Source of the DNA: a bacterium
Lineage (GTDB): Bacteria; Arandabacterota; Arandabacteria; Arandabacterales; JALGWA01
Length of the DNA stretch: 20,282 nucleotides
NCBI GenBank assembly: GCA_050125095.1
Contig: JASFEA010000046.1
Span: 1 to 20,282, forward strand
Reading direction: 5' to 3'
Both the position numbers and the translations under genes were made by a program. Positions 1 through 7,525 of the stretch are shown here, piece by piece (the stretch's first letter is position 1; each line of letters opens with the position of its first letter). The notes beneath the pieces are model-generated. The model had not been told where the DNA came from and searched no databases. It saw only the letters and a program-made list of their open reading frames with translations.

Positions 1-1
1 G

Positions 2-1951
2 CTTATAGCCGCTTATCCTCTCGGCGGCGCCATTCCAGACGAGGATGTTGGCCTCCCTGTCGGCGGCGCTGATCCAGATATCCAGCGCGTCCATTATGCC
101 TCCGAGAAAGCGGCTGAGGGCGAGCGCCTTCTGCTCGGCCCGCTTGCGGGCTTCGATGTCGCGAACGAAGGCCAGCACTCTGTTGCGCGGGCCATACTCG
201 GCAAGCGACAGATTGACCTCGACCCAGAACACCCGGCCCGACTTGTCCTTGCAGCGCCACTCGAAGAGGCTGGAGCCCTCGGCGGCTGCGATCTTGATTA
301 GCCTGACTGCATCCTCATTTGTGAAAGGGCTTTCGCCGGCGCTTATGTCTCCCACGTTGAGCCTGAGCATCTCGTCATGAGAATAATCCAGCATCTCGCA
401 GGTTTTCCGATTTACGTCCAGGATGCGGCCGGTCTCCGGTTCGTGCACGAATATGCCGTCGCTGGCGCTGTCGAATATGGCGCGGTAGGCCGCCTCGGAC
501 CCTCGCAGCGTCTGGCTTGCCTGTTTGCGCTCGATGCTGCTGGCGAGGACCCTGCCGACGGCGGACAGGAACTCCATCTCTTGCTCGCTGCATGCATGGC
601 AGTCCCCGAGATAGAGGTTGATGAGCCCGAGCAGTCTGCCAGATGAGGATATTGGGACGCAGTACTGGCTGCGCGCCCCTTCCGGCTGGCACTGCCGCTG
701 CTCCTTTCCGCTGCCGCCCGAGCGGTACATGATCTGGCCCGTCGCGGCCGCGGCGCCGCAGAAGCACTCCCCCACCCTGCGCCTCGCGCAGGCCCTGAGG
801 GTTTCGGTTGAGAGCCCGGACTCGGCCCTCATGACAAGCGAGTCGGTGGCCGGGTCCATGAGCAATATGCCGCCCATTGCGTCGGGCTCGAACCACGGCA
901 CTTCGAGAATGGCGGCCAGCATCTTCTCAAGCATCGCGTCCCGCGAGTCCTCTTCCAGCGAGATCTGCAGGAGGTCGTTTATTACCTTCTGGGCCTGCCA
1001 GGAGCGCTCGATCACTTCCCCGGCCGCGTGCCTGTCGGTCACGTCCCTTATGACTCCGACTATGCCGGTCGGCACATTGTCGTCGCCCAGCATGAAGGAC
1101 ATATTGAGCTCGCCCCACAGCGTCGAGCCGTTCTTGGTCATGAATTCCAGCTCGAGCACCCTGGACCTGCGCGGGTCCCTGTTGCGCATCGCATCGGGCG
1201 AGAGCTCATCCACCACCGCCGCCATGGCGACCTCGAGCGACCGCCCGCTGAGGAGTCCCTGGTACCCCATGCCCAGAGCCTCCTCGGCTGTGTATCCCAG
1301 AGTCCGTTCCACGGACGGGCTGACGAAGGTGAAGTTGAGGCCCATGTCCATGGTCCATATGATATCGTTGACGTACTCGGCGAACATGCGATAGCGCTTG
1401 TCGGTATCGTCGAGCTCTCTGGCGAAGAGCTCGTGCTCGGTAAGATCCACCATGGAGATCCACACGCGTTCGTAGGTGGCATCATATCCCGGCGCCACCC
1501 AGAACTTGAGAAGCAAGTGCTTCTTGGCGCCGCTGAGTGTCCTGTTGTAAGTATCGGCTTCCATCGAGGTCCTGCCCTCTGCCATGGCGACAAGCACCTG
1601 CTTGAAGCCGTCGTAGGACTCCTCGCAGAATAGCTTGTCTACATTGCCGAGGAGTTCGGCTACGTCCCGCGCCCCATAGAGCGCTGCCGTGGCTTCATTG
1701 ACGGCGTTAACCTTGACCATGGCCGCGCACTTGGCCACTTCTTCGGGATGGTAGTCCAGGTAGGTTCTGATGTCCTCTACGCCCGACCGCAGAATCGAAT
1801 CCAGGTAGGCTTTGACATCGGACGCGTCCTCTTCCCAGAGGGACACCGGAGCCTGCTTGAAGAGCGCCCTGTAGAGCATACCGGCCTGAGGAGCAGGCCG
1901 TGATTCGCCGGCCCGGTCCGGGCGCGCGGCGTCGCAGGTAGTCGGCTTCAC
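2..1951 (-). CDS. Multi-PAS/GAF sensor protein, partial (3' end and output domain lie beyond the left edge)
   Basis: Absent from the ORF track because it has no stop in the window. Manual translation is open from GTG at 1951 (SD GAAGGGG 5 nt upstream; alternative ATG 1879) to the edge. It contains PAS-like LFKQAPVSLWEEDAS, PAS YRMFAEYVNDIIWTMD...GIVGVIRDVTDR, GAF GECFCGAAAATG...YCVPISSSGRLLGLINLY, PAS YRAIFDSASDGIFVHE...LAFVRDIEARKRAE, and the start of another PAS (WNGAAERISGYK). Confidence 0.9.
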   Translation of the reverse strand, partial: MKPTTCDAARPDRAGESRPAPQAGMLYRALFKQAPVSLWEEDASDVKAYLDSILRSGVEDIRTYLDYHPEEVAKCAAMVKVNAVNEATAALYGARDVAELLGNVDKLFCEESYDGFKQVLVAMAEGRTSMEADTYNRTLSGAKKHLLLKFWVAPGYDATYERVWISMVDLTEHELFARELDDTDKRYRMFAEYVNDIIWTMDMGLNFTFVSPSVERTLGYTAEEALGMGYQGLLSGRSLEVAMAAVVDELSPDAMRNRDPRRSRVLELEFMTKNGSTLWGELNMSFMLGDDNVPTGIVGVIRDVTDRHAAGEVIERSWQAQKVINDLLQISLEEDSRDAMLEKMLAAILEVPWFEPDAMGGILLMDPATDSLVMRAESGLSTETLRACARRRVGECFCGAAAATGQIMYRSGGSGKEQRQCQPEGARSQYCVPISSSGRLLGLINLYLGDCHACSEQEMEFLSAVGRVLASSIERKQASQTLRGSEAAYRAIFDSASDGIFVHEPETGRILDVNRKTCEMLDYSHDEMLRLNVGDISAGESPFTNEDAVRLIKIAAAEGSSLFEWRCKDKSGRVFWVEVNLSLAEYGPRNRVLAFVRDIEARKRAEQKALALSRFLGGIMDALDIWISAADREANILVWNGAAERISGYK

Positions 1952-1997
1952 ATTGTCCCCTTCGCTGGATAGAGGCGGAGCACTTCTCCACTTTAGT

Positions 1998-2025
1998 TTT
2001 TCGGCAGGGACCTAAGCCGGCTTTA
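1998..2025 (-). promoter_or_regulatory. Putative sigma28 (FliA) promoter for the PAS/GAF sensor gene
   Basis: Minus strand TAAA-gccggcttaggtccct (16 nt)-GCCGAAAA, about 47 nt upstream of the GTG start. One mismatch to the TAAA-N15/16-GCCGATAA consensus. Confidence 0.65.
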
Positions 2026-2034
2026 GGTAAGGGG

Positions 2035-2223
2035 CTACGGGATTTCAGCCCTCAGGCTTATGGCCTTCAAGCTCCGGAGCAGCGTGTCGGCGACCCCGAG
2101 AACCAGGTGGCGGTTCTCGCAAAGGAGGCCCTCTCTCCTTAAGAAGCTCAATACATAGGTGCCTCTGGCAAGCGCCCGGGCCTGGGTATCGAGTTTATCA
2201 CGAAGGTCATGACTTCTTCGCAA
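2035..2223 (-). CDS. Possible small hypothetical protein (62 aa)
   Basis: TTG start preceded by AAGGAGGAGG. It overlaps the end of the upstream gene by 17 nt and fills the gap up to the sigma28 promoter. No recognisable domain, and the SD-like run also encodes KEE in the upstream gene. Confidence 0.4.
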   Translation of the reverse strand: MRRSHDLRDKLDTQARALARGTYVLSFLRREGLLCENRHLVLGVADTLLRSLKAISLRAEIP

Positions 2224-3013
2224 GGTCCTCCTCCTTGAGATTGATCATGTTGATGCCGTCCGCATACGGAGTGGCCTTGGCCTCCTTGAGCGACCTGAGC
2301 CTCGAGATGACGCCTTCTATCTCCCGGCATTCCTCCTCGATTCTCTCAAGCGCGTCGCCCGCGCCGGTGACGACCCCCTCCTGGCCCTTCATGAAGCGTA
2401 CGGCGGCCTGAATGGCCGAGACGCTGTTATTGACGCTGTGGTTTATGCTGACAACCACCTCGCCGATGGCGGCGAGTCTCTCGGCTTTCACAAGCTCCTG
2501 CTGCGTCTGCTTCAGAAGCCCGTTCACGCGTTCGAGTTCCTGCACCTTGCTCGTCAGCGATTCATTGGCGGAGCTGAGCTCCAGTATGAGGCGCTGATTC
2601 TCGAGGGCGAGGAACCTGCGTTCGAGCGCCTGGTCCACATAGGCGAGTATCTGTGAAGATGTCAGCGGCTTTGTGAGATAGGAAACCGCTCCCCTGTGCA
2701 TCGCGTCCGCGGCGGACTTGACCGAGGCGTATCCGGTAATCATGATGAACTGCGTAAGGGGGAAGACGTCTTTCACCCCTGTCAGCAGGTCCATACCCGA
2801 AGTCCCGGGCATCTCAAGGTCGGTAATGACGAGATCGTATTCCTGGGACGTGGCGGCCACCAGGGCATCCGGTGAATGAGCATAGAGGTCGGGCGAATAT
2901 GTGCCCCTTCTCAAGACCTCTCCCAGAAGGTGCAGAATCTCCTCGTCGTCATCAACGATCGCGATTCTAACCTGCTTGTCGCCGGCGCGCGAATCCCTGT
3001 CATTAATGCCCAC
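2207..3013 (-). CDS. Response regulator: receiver + coiled coil + HisKA-like (DHp) domain, no HATPase domain
   Basis: Receiver residues intact (IVDDD, ITDLEMP, ITGY, LTKP). Then ELVKAERLAAIGEVVVSINHSVNNSV, an H-box-like segment, and the protein ends without N/G1/F/G2 boxes. Overlaps the upstream gene by 11 nt. Confidence 0.88.
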   Translation of the reverse strand: MGINDRDSRAGDKQVRIAIVDDDEEILHLLGEVLRRGTYSPDLYAHSPDALVAATSQEYDLVITDLEMPGTSGMDLLTGVKDVFPLTQFIMITGYASVKSAADAMHRGAVSYLTKPLTSSQILAYVDQALERRFLALENQRLILELSSANESLTSKVQELERVNGLLKQTQQELVKAERLAAIGEVVVSINHSVNNSVSAIQAAVRFMKGQEGVVTGAGDALERIEEECREIEGVISRLRSLKEAKATPYADGINMINLKEEDLAKKS

Positions 3014-4217
3014 TTTTAGCTCCTTTCCGCACCGGCAGCCAGATGGAGAAGGTGCTGCCCTTCCCCGGGCGGGAGTCCACGCCTATCGAACCGCCGTGCG
3101 CTTCCACAATGGCCTTAGCGACGGGAAGACCGAGCCCGGCGCCGGCAAATCGTCGTGTATGTGACATATCCGCTTGCGTGAAGGTGTCGAATATGTTGGC
3201 TATCTTCTCCCTGGGAATCCCGATCCCCGTGTCGGTGATGCTGACGGTGATGCCGCCGCGCTCGGGCGACTGGCGGACGCCGATCGTCACCGACCCCGAG
3301 TCCAGGTTGAACTTGACGGCGTTTTCTATGAGGTTGCGCATAACGACGCCCAGCTTTTCGACATCACCCTCGATCCTGGGTTCGCCGTCGCCGTCGAAAA
3401 CCACCTCGACTCCCTTGCTCTTTATGACCGGGTCTAAGGCGTCGATCGCCCCGGTAATAACTTCGCTTACCACAACCTCCTCTTCGGAGATCAGAAGATC
3501 GCCCGCCCTCACCTCCGTCATCACGAGAAGGTTGAGGATCAGGGTCTCCAGCCGGTCCAGGTTGACCTTCATGCCCTTCATCCATTTCCTCTCGGGGCCG
3601 TCGGCGCTGGCCAGCTGCTCGACGGAGGGCATGAGTATGCTGAGGTAGCCCTTCAGGGAGGTCAGCGGCGTGCGGAATTCATGAGAGATGGTGCTGATCA
3701 CATTGGTCTTTATCTGGTCAATCTCAATGAGTTTCTTCATGAGATGCGACAGCTCGATGTTCTCGCGGGCGAGCTTGCGCTTTTCCAGGCCGAGCCTCAC
3801 CGTCTTCTCGAGATCATGCAGGGAAAAGGGCTTCACAATGTAGTCGTAGGCGCCCTTCCTGAGGGCTTCGACGGCCGACTGCACCGTGGCATAGCCGGTC
3901 ATGATTATGAAGACCGTGTCCGGGTCGACATCCAGCACCTCTTCGAGCAGGCCGACTCCGCTCATGCCCGGCATCCTGAGATCGCTCACGACGGCGCTGA
4001 AGGTCCGTTCGTGAATCAGAGAGAGGGCCTGTCTCGAGTCCCTCGCCATCTCCGTGGCATAGCCCTTGGAAGCCAGGAATTCCGACAGGGCAAAAAGAAT
4101 GTCCTCCTCGTCGTCGACCAGGAGGACGCGTTTTTCGTCCGGCTTTTCCCTGATTTCTCTAAGCTCTTTTTCGAGCACGAATGTTGAACCGCTTTCCTCG
4201 GGAGTAAGGGTAGTCAC
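3003..4217 (-). CDS. Hybrid sensor histidine kinase (REC-HisKA-HATPase_c), cytoplasmic
   Basis: Receiver LVDDE...SDLRMP...MTGY...VKP; H-box SHEFRTPL; N-box NLIENAVKF; G1 DTGIGI; F-box IFDTFTQ; G2 GAGLGL. GTG start with AGGAG SD. No transmembrane segment. Confidence 0.95.
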   Translation of the reverse strand: MTTLTPEESGSTFVLEKELREIREKPDEKRVLLVDDEEDILFALSEFLASKGYATEMARDSRQALSLIHERTFSAVVSDLRMPGMSGVGLLEEVLDVDPDTVFIIMTGYATVQSAVEALRKGAYDYIVKPFSLHDLEKTVRLGLEKRKLARENIELSHLMKKLIEIDQIKTNVISTISHEFRTPLTSLKGYLSILMPSVEQLASADGPERKWMKGMKVNLDRLETLILNLLVMTEVRAGDLLISEEEVVVSEVITGAIDALDPVIKSKGVEVVFDGDGEPRIEGDVEKLGVVMRNLIENAVKFNLDSGSVTIGVRQSPERGGITVSITDTGIGIPREKIANIFDTFTQADMSHTRRFAGAGLGLPVAKAIVEAHGGSIGVDSRPGKGSTFSIWLPVRKGAKSGH

Positions 4218-4235
4218 CGTTATGCTCCTATCCTG

Positions 4236-5129
4236 CTAGTGCGAGGGAACAAGAGAACGGGCCACGCCTTCATCCGCAACTGAAGCCGGCGATCCGGGCT
4301 CGCCGGATCCCGCCTCCCCGGCGGTGGAAAGAAGCGTGTCCCTGTAGGCCCGCAGCCTTCCTCTGAGCCTCAGCATGGCCTTGGTGTGTATCTGCGAAAT
4401 CCTGGATTCGGAGACACCGAGGGTGCGTCCGATCTCCTTGAGGGTCATGTCCTCGTAATAGTAGAGAGCCACAACCGTTCTTTCCTTGTCAGGAATATTC
4501 ATGATGGCTTCGGCAACGATGTCCCGCATCTGCTCCCTCTCGATGCCGGCGGAAGGCGACACGCCGTCTTTGGCGCAGACCAGGTCGATAATCCTGGAGG
4601 TCTTTTCCCCGTCCTGGTTTCCGACGAAGTCGTCCAGGGAGAGAAGCCCCGCCGAGACAATCTCCTCGACCATGGTGCGCAGATCGGAGAGCGAGATGTT
4701 GAGCCTGTTGGCTATCTCGGCGTCGGTGGCTGCCCTGCCGAGCTCGTTCTCCAGGTGGGAGTAGGTTTCCTCGAGCATCCTGGCCTTGCGCCGCACCGAC
4801 CGCGGCACCCAGTCTAAAGATCGCAGGTCGTCCACGATCGCGCCGCGAATACGGGCCACGGCATATGTCTCGAACTTGGTGTCCCGTCCGGGATCGTATT
4901 TCTCAATTGCGTCCATGAGACCGACGACTCCGGCGCTCACGAGGTCGTCGATTTCAACCGACGGGGGGACCGACATCGCCATCCTGCCGGCGACGTACTT
5001 AACCAAGTAGAGGTAGTTCTGAATCAGGCTGTCCCTGATCCCGGTGGACTGAGCCTTCCTGTATTCAGCCCAGAGACCAATCAGTTCCTCCTGGCTAAGT
5101 CCGGCGGAAGTCCTGTTCATAGTCACCAT
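4236..5129 (-). CDS. fliA: RNA polymerase sigma-28 factor (FliA/WhiG/SigD family)
   Basis: DDLVSAGVVGLMDAIEKYDP, KFETYAVARIRGAIVDDLRSLDWVPRSVR, and region 4 LYYYEDMTLKEIGRTLGVSESRISQIH. Confidence 0.96.
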   Translation of the reverse strand: MVTMNRTSAGLSQEELIGLWAEYRKAQSTGIRDSLIQNYLYLVKYVAGRMAMSVPPSVEIDDLVSAGVVGLMDAIEKYDPGRDTKFETYAVARIRGAIVDDLRSLDWVPRSVRRKARMLEETYSHLENELGRAATDAEIANRLNISLSDLRTMVEEIVSAGLLSLDDFVGNQDGEKTSRIIDLVCAKDGVSPSAGIEREQMRDIVAEAIMNIPDKERTVVALYYYEDMTLKEIGRTLGVSESRISQIHTKAMLRLRGRLRAYRDTLLSTAGEAGSGEPGSPASVADEGVARSLVPSH

Positions 5130-5172
5130 CCTTCTTGTAAGCCAACCCTAGCAACACCAGCCGCTCATATAC

Positions 5173-5188
5173 TGCAATGGGTGTGCCT
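5173..5188 (-). promoter_or_regulatory. Putative sigma54 (-24/-12) promoter for the fliA operon
   Basis: Minus strand AGGCAC-ACCCA-TTGCA with exact GG-N10-GC spacing, 44 nt upstream of the fliA ATG. A sigma54 activator gene lies directly upstream. Confidence 0.8.
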
Positions 5189-5225
5189 ACTCACGGCAAG
5201 ATGGCAACATAGGCCAATGATTCTA

Positions 5226-5238
5226 TAAATCATTGAAA
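5226..5238 (-). promoter_or_regulatory. IHF-like site 1
   Basis: Minus strand TTTCAA-TGAT-TTA versus consensus WATCAANNNNTTR (1 mismatch), in an AT-rich patch ~40 nt upstream of the -24 element. Confidence 0.55.
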
Positions 5239-5319
5239 AGAAACAGATTAGGGAAGCGGCCGGCCTTGCCCGAGGCCTAAAAACCGGGGGATTTGGCACT
5301 TTGCTTCGGGTATTTAGTA

Positions 5320-5332
5320 TAACCTATTGAAA
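5320..5332 (-). promoter_or_regulatory. IHF-like site 2
   Basis: Minus strand TTTCAA-TAGG-TTA (same single mismatch), in a second AT-rich patch 94 nt from site 1. Confidence 0.5.
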
Positions 5333-5558
5333 ATAAATCAATTACGCATGGCCAGAGACTCCGGTGACCTAATCCTGTGGTAAGTTTTCAACCAGTGAAA
5401 ATCACCAGGCATGCGGAAAGGTCAGCACCCCGCGAATCGCGCCTGACGTGCAGAGACTGATAAACCAAAGCACGAGATGGCACTCAGCGGGCTAAGACTT
5501 CAAATTAATGCCTAAATCTGCAAAAGGAAAGAAGGGTGGTAAGAGGCTGACCGGTTGG

Positions 5559-6950
5559 CTAAAAATCTGCCAGGTGGTACTTCTTGATTTTCTGTCTCAA
5601 AGTCTGTCTCGTTATGCCGAGTACGCGGGCCGCGCTCGACTTGTTTCCGCCGGCCCACTCAAGAGCCCCTATAATGGCGCGCTTTTCGGCTTCCTGTAAT
5701 GATATCGGCACTCTCGCCTGTTCTCTGAAGCTGATTTCGCTCGGGCCCGCCTGAGTCTTGTCCAGCATCTCAGCGGGAAGATGCTCCGCCAGGATGAGAT
5801 CGGTGCTCTCTAAGAGTATGGCCCTCTCGATGGTGTTCCTGAGTTCCCTTACGTTGCCGGGCCAGTGGTAGCGCATCATTATGTCCCTCGCCTCGCGCGA
5901 GAGGCCGCGCACCGAGCGCGTGAGCTCCCTGTTGAAGTGGTCGATGAAGTAGCTCGAGAGTATGGGGATGTCCTGCTTGCGCTCGCGCAGGGCCGGCACG
6001 TAAATGGGGATCACCATGAGCCTGAAGTAGAGGTCGCTTCTGAACTTGTCCTGGTCCATGGCGACCTTGAGGTCGCGGTTGGTGGCGGCGATAATGCGCG
6101 TGTTCACCACTATGTCCTCAACGCCGCCGACGCTCCTGAAGCGCTTGGTCTCGATAAGCCGGAGCACCCTGGACTGCAGACCCATGGGCATCTCCCCTAT
6201 CTCGTCCAGAAACAGAGTGCCTCCCTCGGAGAGCTCCACGAGCCCCTTCTTCTTCGCCATCGCGTCCGTGAAGGCGCCCTTCTCATGGCCGAAGAGTTCG
6301 CTCTCGAGGAGATGCTCGGGCAGTGAGGCGCAGTTGATCTCCATGAAGGGCTTGTCCTTGCTGGGGCCCTGGAAGTGAATGCCCCTTGCCACCAGCTCCT
6401 TGCCCGTCCCGCTCTCGCCCTGTATGAGCACCGTGGAGGCCCTGCTCTCGGCGACCTTCTCGATCACCTCGGCGATCTCCTCCATCATCTTGCTCTTGCC
6501 GACGACGAAGCGGTCGAACTCACGATAGCCGACCACTATCTGTCTTACCGACTGCGCCTCGCGCTTGAGGCGCGCCCCGTCGAGCCCCCTGTCCACGCTC
6601 TCCGCCAGTTTATCGATGTCGACGGGCTTGGGCAGGCACTGGAAAGCCCCCAGGCGGGCCGCCTCGAAAGCCATCTCCACCTTCACGTCCTCGGCGAGCA
6701 GAATGACGGCCGTCTCCCTGTTGCTCTTCTTGCACTCCTTGAGGAAATCGGCTACGTCGACATCAGGCTGGTCTACATCGGCTATCAGGACGGCGTGGTT
6801 GCCGCTCTCCAGGGCCTTGAGGGCGTCTTCCACAGATGAGGCGGCCTTTGCCGTGCAGCCGAGTTTGGTGAGAGCCCTGGGGATTTCGGGGGCCAGGGCG
6901 GCGCTGCCGAAAAGGACTACGCTGAATCCGCTCTTGCGACTCTTAGCCAT
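5559..6950 (-). CDS. Sigma54-dependent enhancer-binding protein (NtrC/Fis family) with atypical receiver domain
   Basis: Walker A GESGTGKE, ESELFGHEKGAFTDA, Walker B TLFLDEIGE, IIAATNRDL, FRSDLYFRL, WPGNVREL, and Fis HTH GNKSSAARVLGITRQTLRQKI. The N-terminal receiver-like domain lacks the beta1 acidic pair. Confidence 0.96.
   Translation of the reverse strand: MAKSRKSGFSVVLFGSAALAPEIPRALTKLGCTAKAASSVEDALKALESGNHAVLIADVDQPDVDVADFLKECKKSNRETAVILLAEDVKVEMAFEAARLGAFQCLPKPVDIDKLAESVDRGLDGARLKREAQSVRQIVVGYREFDRFVVGKSKMMEEIAEVIEKVAESRASTVLIQGESGTGKELVARGIHFQGPSKDKPFMEINCASLPEHLLESELFGHEKGAFTDAMAKKKGLVELSEGGTLFLDEIGEMPMGLQSRVLRLIETKRFRSVGGVEDIVVNTRIIAATNRDLKVAMDQDKFRSDLYFRLMVIPIYVPALRERKQDIPILSSYFIDHFNRELTRSVRGLSREARDIMMRYHWPGNVRELRNTIERAILLESTDLILAEHLPAEMLDKTQAGPSEISFREQARVPISLQEAEKRAIIGALEWAGGNKSSAARVLGITRQTLRQKIKKYHLADF
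5702..5729 (-). promoter_or_regulatory. Possible intragenic sigma28 promoter pointing at fliA
   Basis: Minus strand TTCA-gagaacaggcgagagt (16 nt)-GCCGATAT, the same -35 and spacing as the site at 7935-7962. It lies inside coding sequence, so a chance match cannot be excluded. Confidence 0.4.
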
Positions 6951-6983
6951 GGGCCACCTGCGATTGAAGAAGCTCTGGCAGAG

Positions 6984-7013
6984 ATACTATTTTAGAGCGG
7001 GCGGATAAGTCAA
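6984..7013 (-). promoter_or_regulatory. Putative sigma70 promoter for the enhancer-binding protein
   Basis: Minus strand TTGACT-N18-TAGTAT, 34 nt upstream of the ATG at 6950. Confidence 0.6.
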
Positions 7014-7040
7014 CTTCTAAAATGCAAAGAGACTGGAGCT

Positions 7041-7283
7041 TCAGCGGGGCGGGTTCTCTTCCAGCAGGCGGGAGGCGACTATGCGGAGCACATTGTCGGT
7101 GTTGTAGTAGTCGGTCTCTATCCTGATCCTGGCCGCCATTATCTTATCCTCCCGGACGTTCTCCCTCTCGTCGCCGATCTCCTTCGAGATGCGGCGGCAT
7201 TCGGCGACCAGTTCGGCCGGGAGTTGGCTCAGCCTGTCCCGAGAGGCGGGCCTACCTGTTTTTTCGCTCTTTTCTATTTCCAT
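7041..7283 (-). CDS. flgM: Anti-sigma28 factor FlgM-like protein
   Basis: 80 aa, starts MEI. The C-terminal [32 protein letters not shown] fits the FlgM pattern (VRxxKVxxxKxxIxxGxY...IAxxLL). fliA and csrA are nearby. Confidence 0.75.
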   Translation of the reverse strand: MEIEKSEKTGRPASRDRLSQLPAELVAECRRISKEIGDERENVREDKIMAARIRIETDYYNTDNVLRIVASRLLEENPPR

Positions 7284-7512
7284 TTTTGGACGCTTCCGGG
7301 TTCTGCTTCAGTCTCTGCTCACGAGGGGTCTTGGGGACCACCTTGCCGTTTTCACGGACGATGGCCTCATAGACCTCCATGCGGTGCACAGGTATCTCCT
7401 TGGGGGCGTTGATCCCGATCTGGACCTGCTCGCCCTTAATGTCTACCACAATGACCTCGATGCTGTCACCTATCATTATCCGTTCGTTGCGCTTCCGTGT
7501 CAGGATTAGCAC
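7252..7512 (-). CDS. csrA: Carbon storage regulator CsrA
   Basis: From GTG at 7512 (SD GAGGAGG): [48 protein letters not shown]. The ORF-track start at 7581 is too far upstream. Confidence 0.95.
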   Translation of the reverse strand: MLILTRKRNERIMIGDSIEVIVVDIKGEQVQIGINAPKEIPVHRMEVYEAIVRENGKVVPKTPREQRLKQNPEASKNGNRKERKNR

Positions 7513-7525
7513 CTTTACTGCCTCC

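Noticed and set aside
5130-5558. Possible CsrB/RsmZ-like sRNA in the long intergenic region
   Set aside because: Only a few GGA motifs, no repeated GGA hairpins and no clear terminator. The sigma54 architecture explains the length.
6265-6282. GAFTDA instead of GAFTGA in the activator
   Set aside because: A common variant among NtrC/AtoC-type proteins; the key Phe-Thr pair is retained, so it is not evidence of inactivity.
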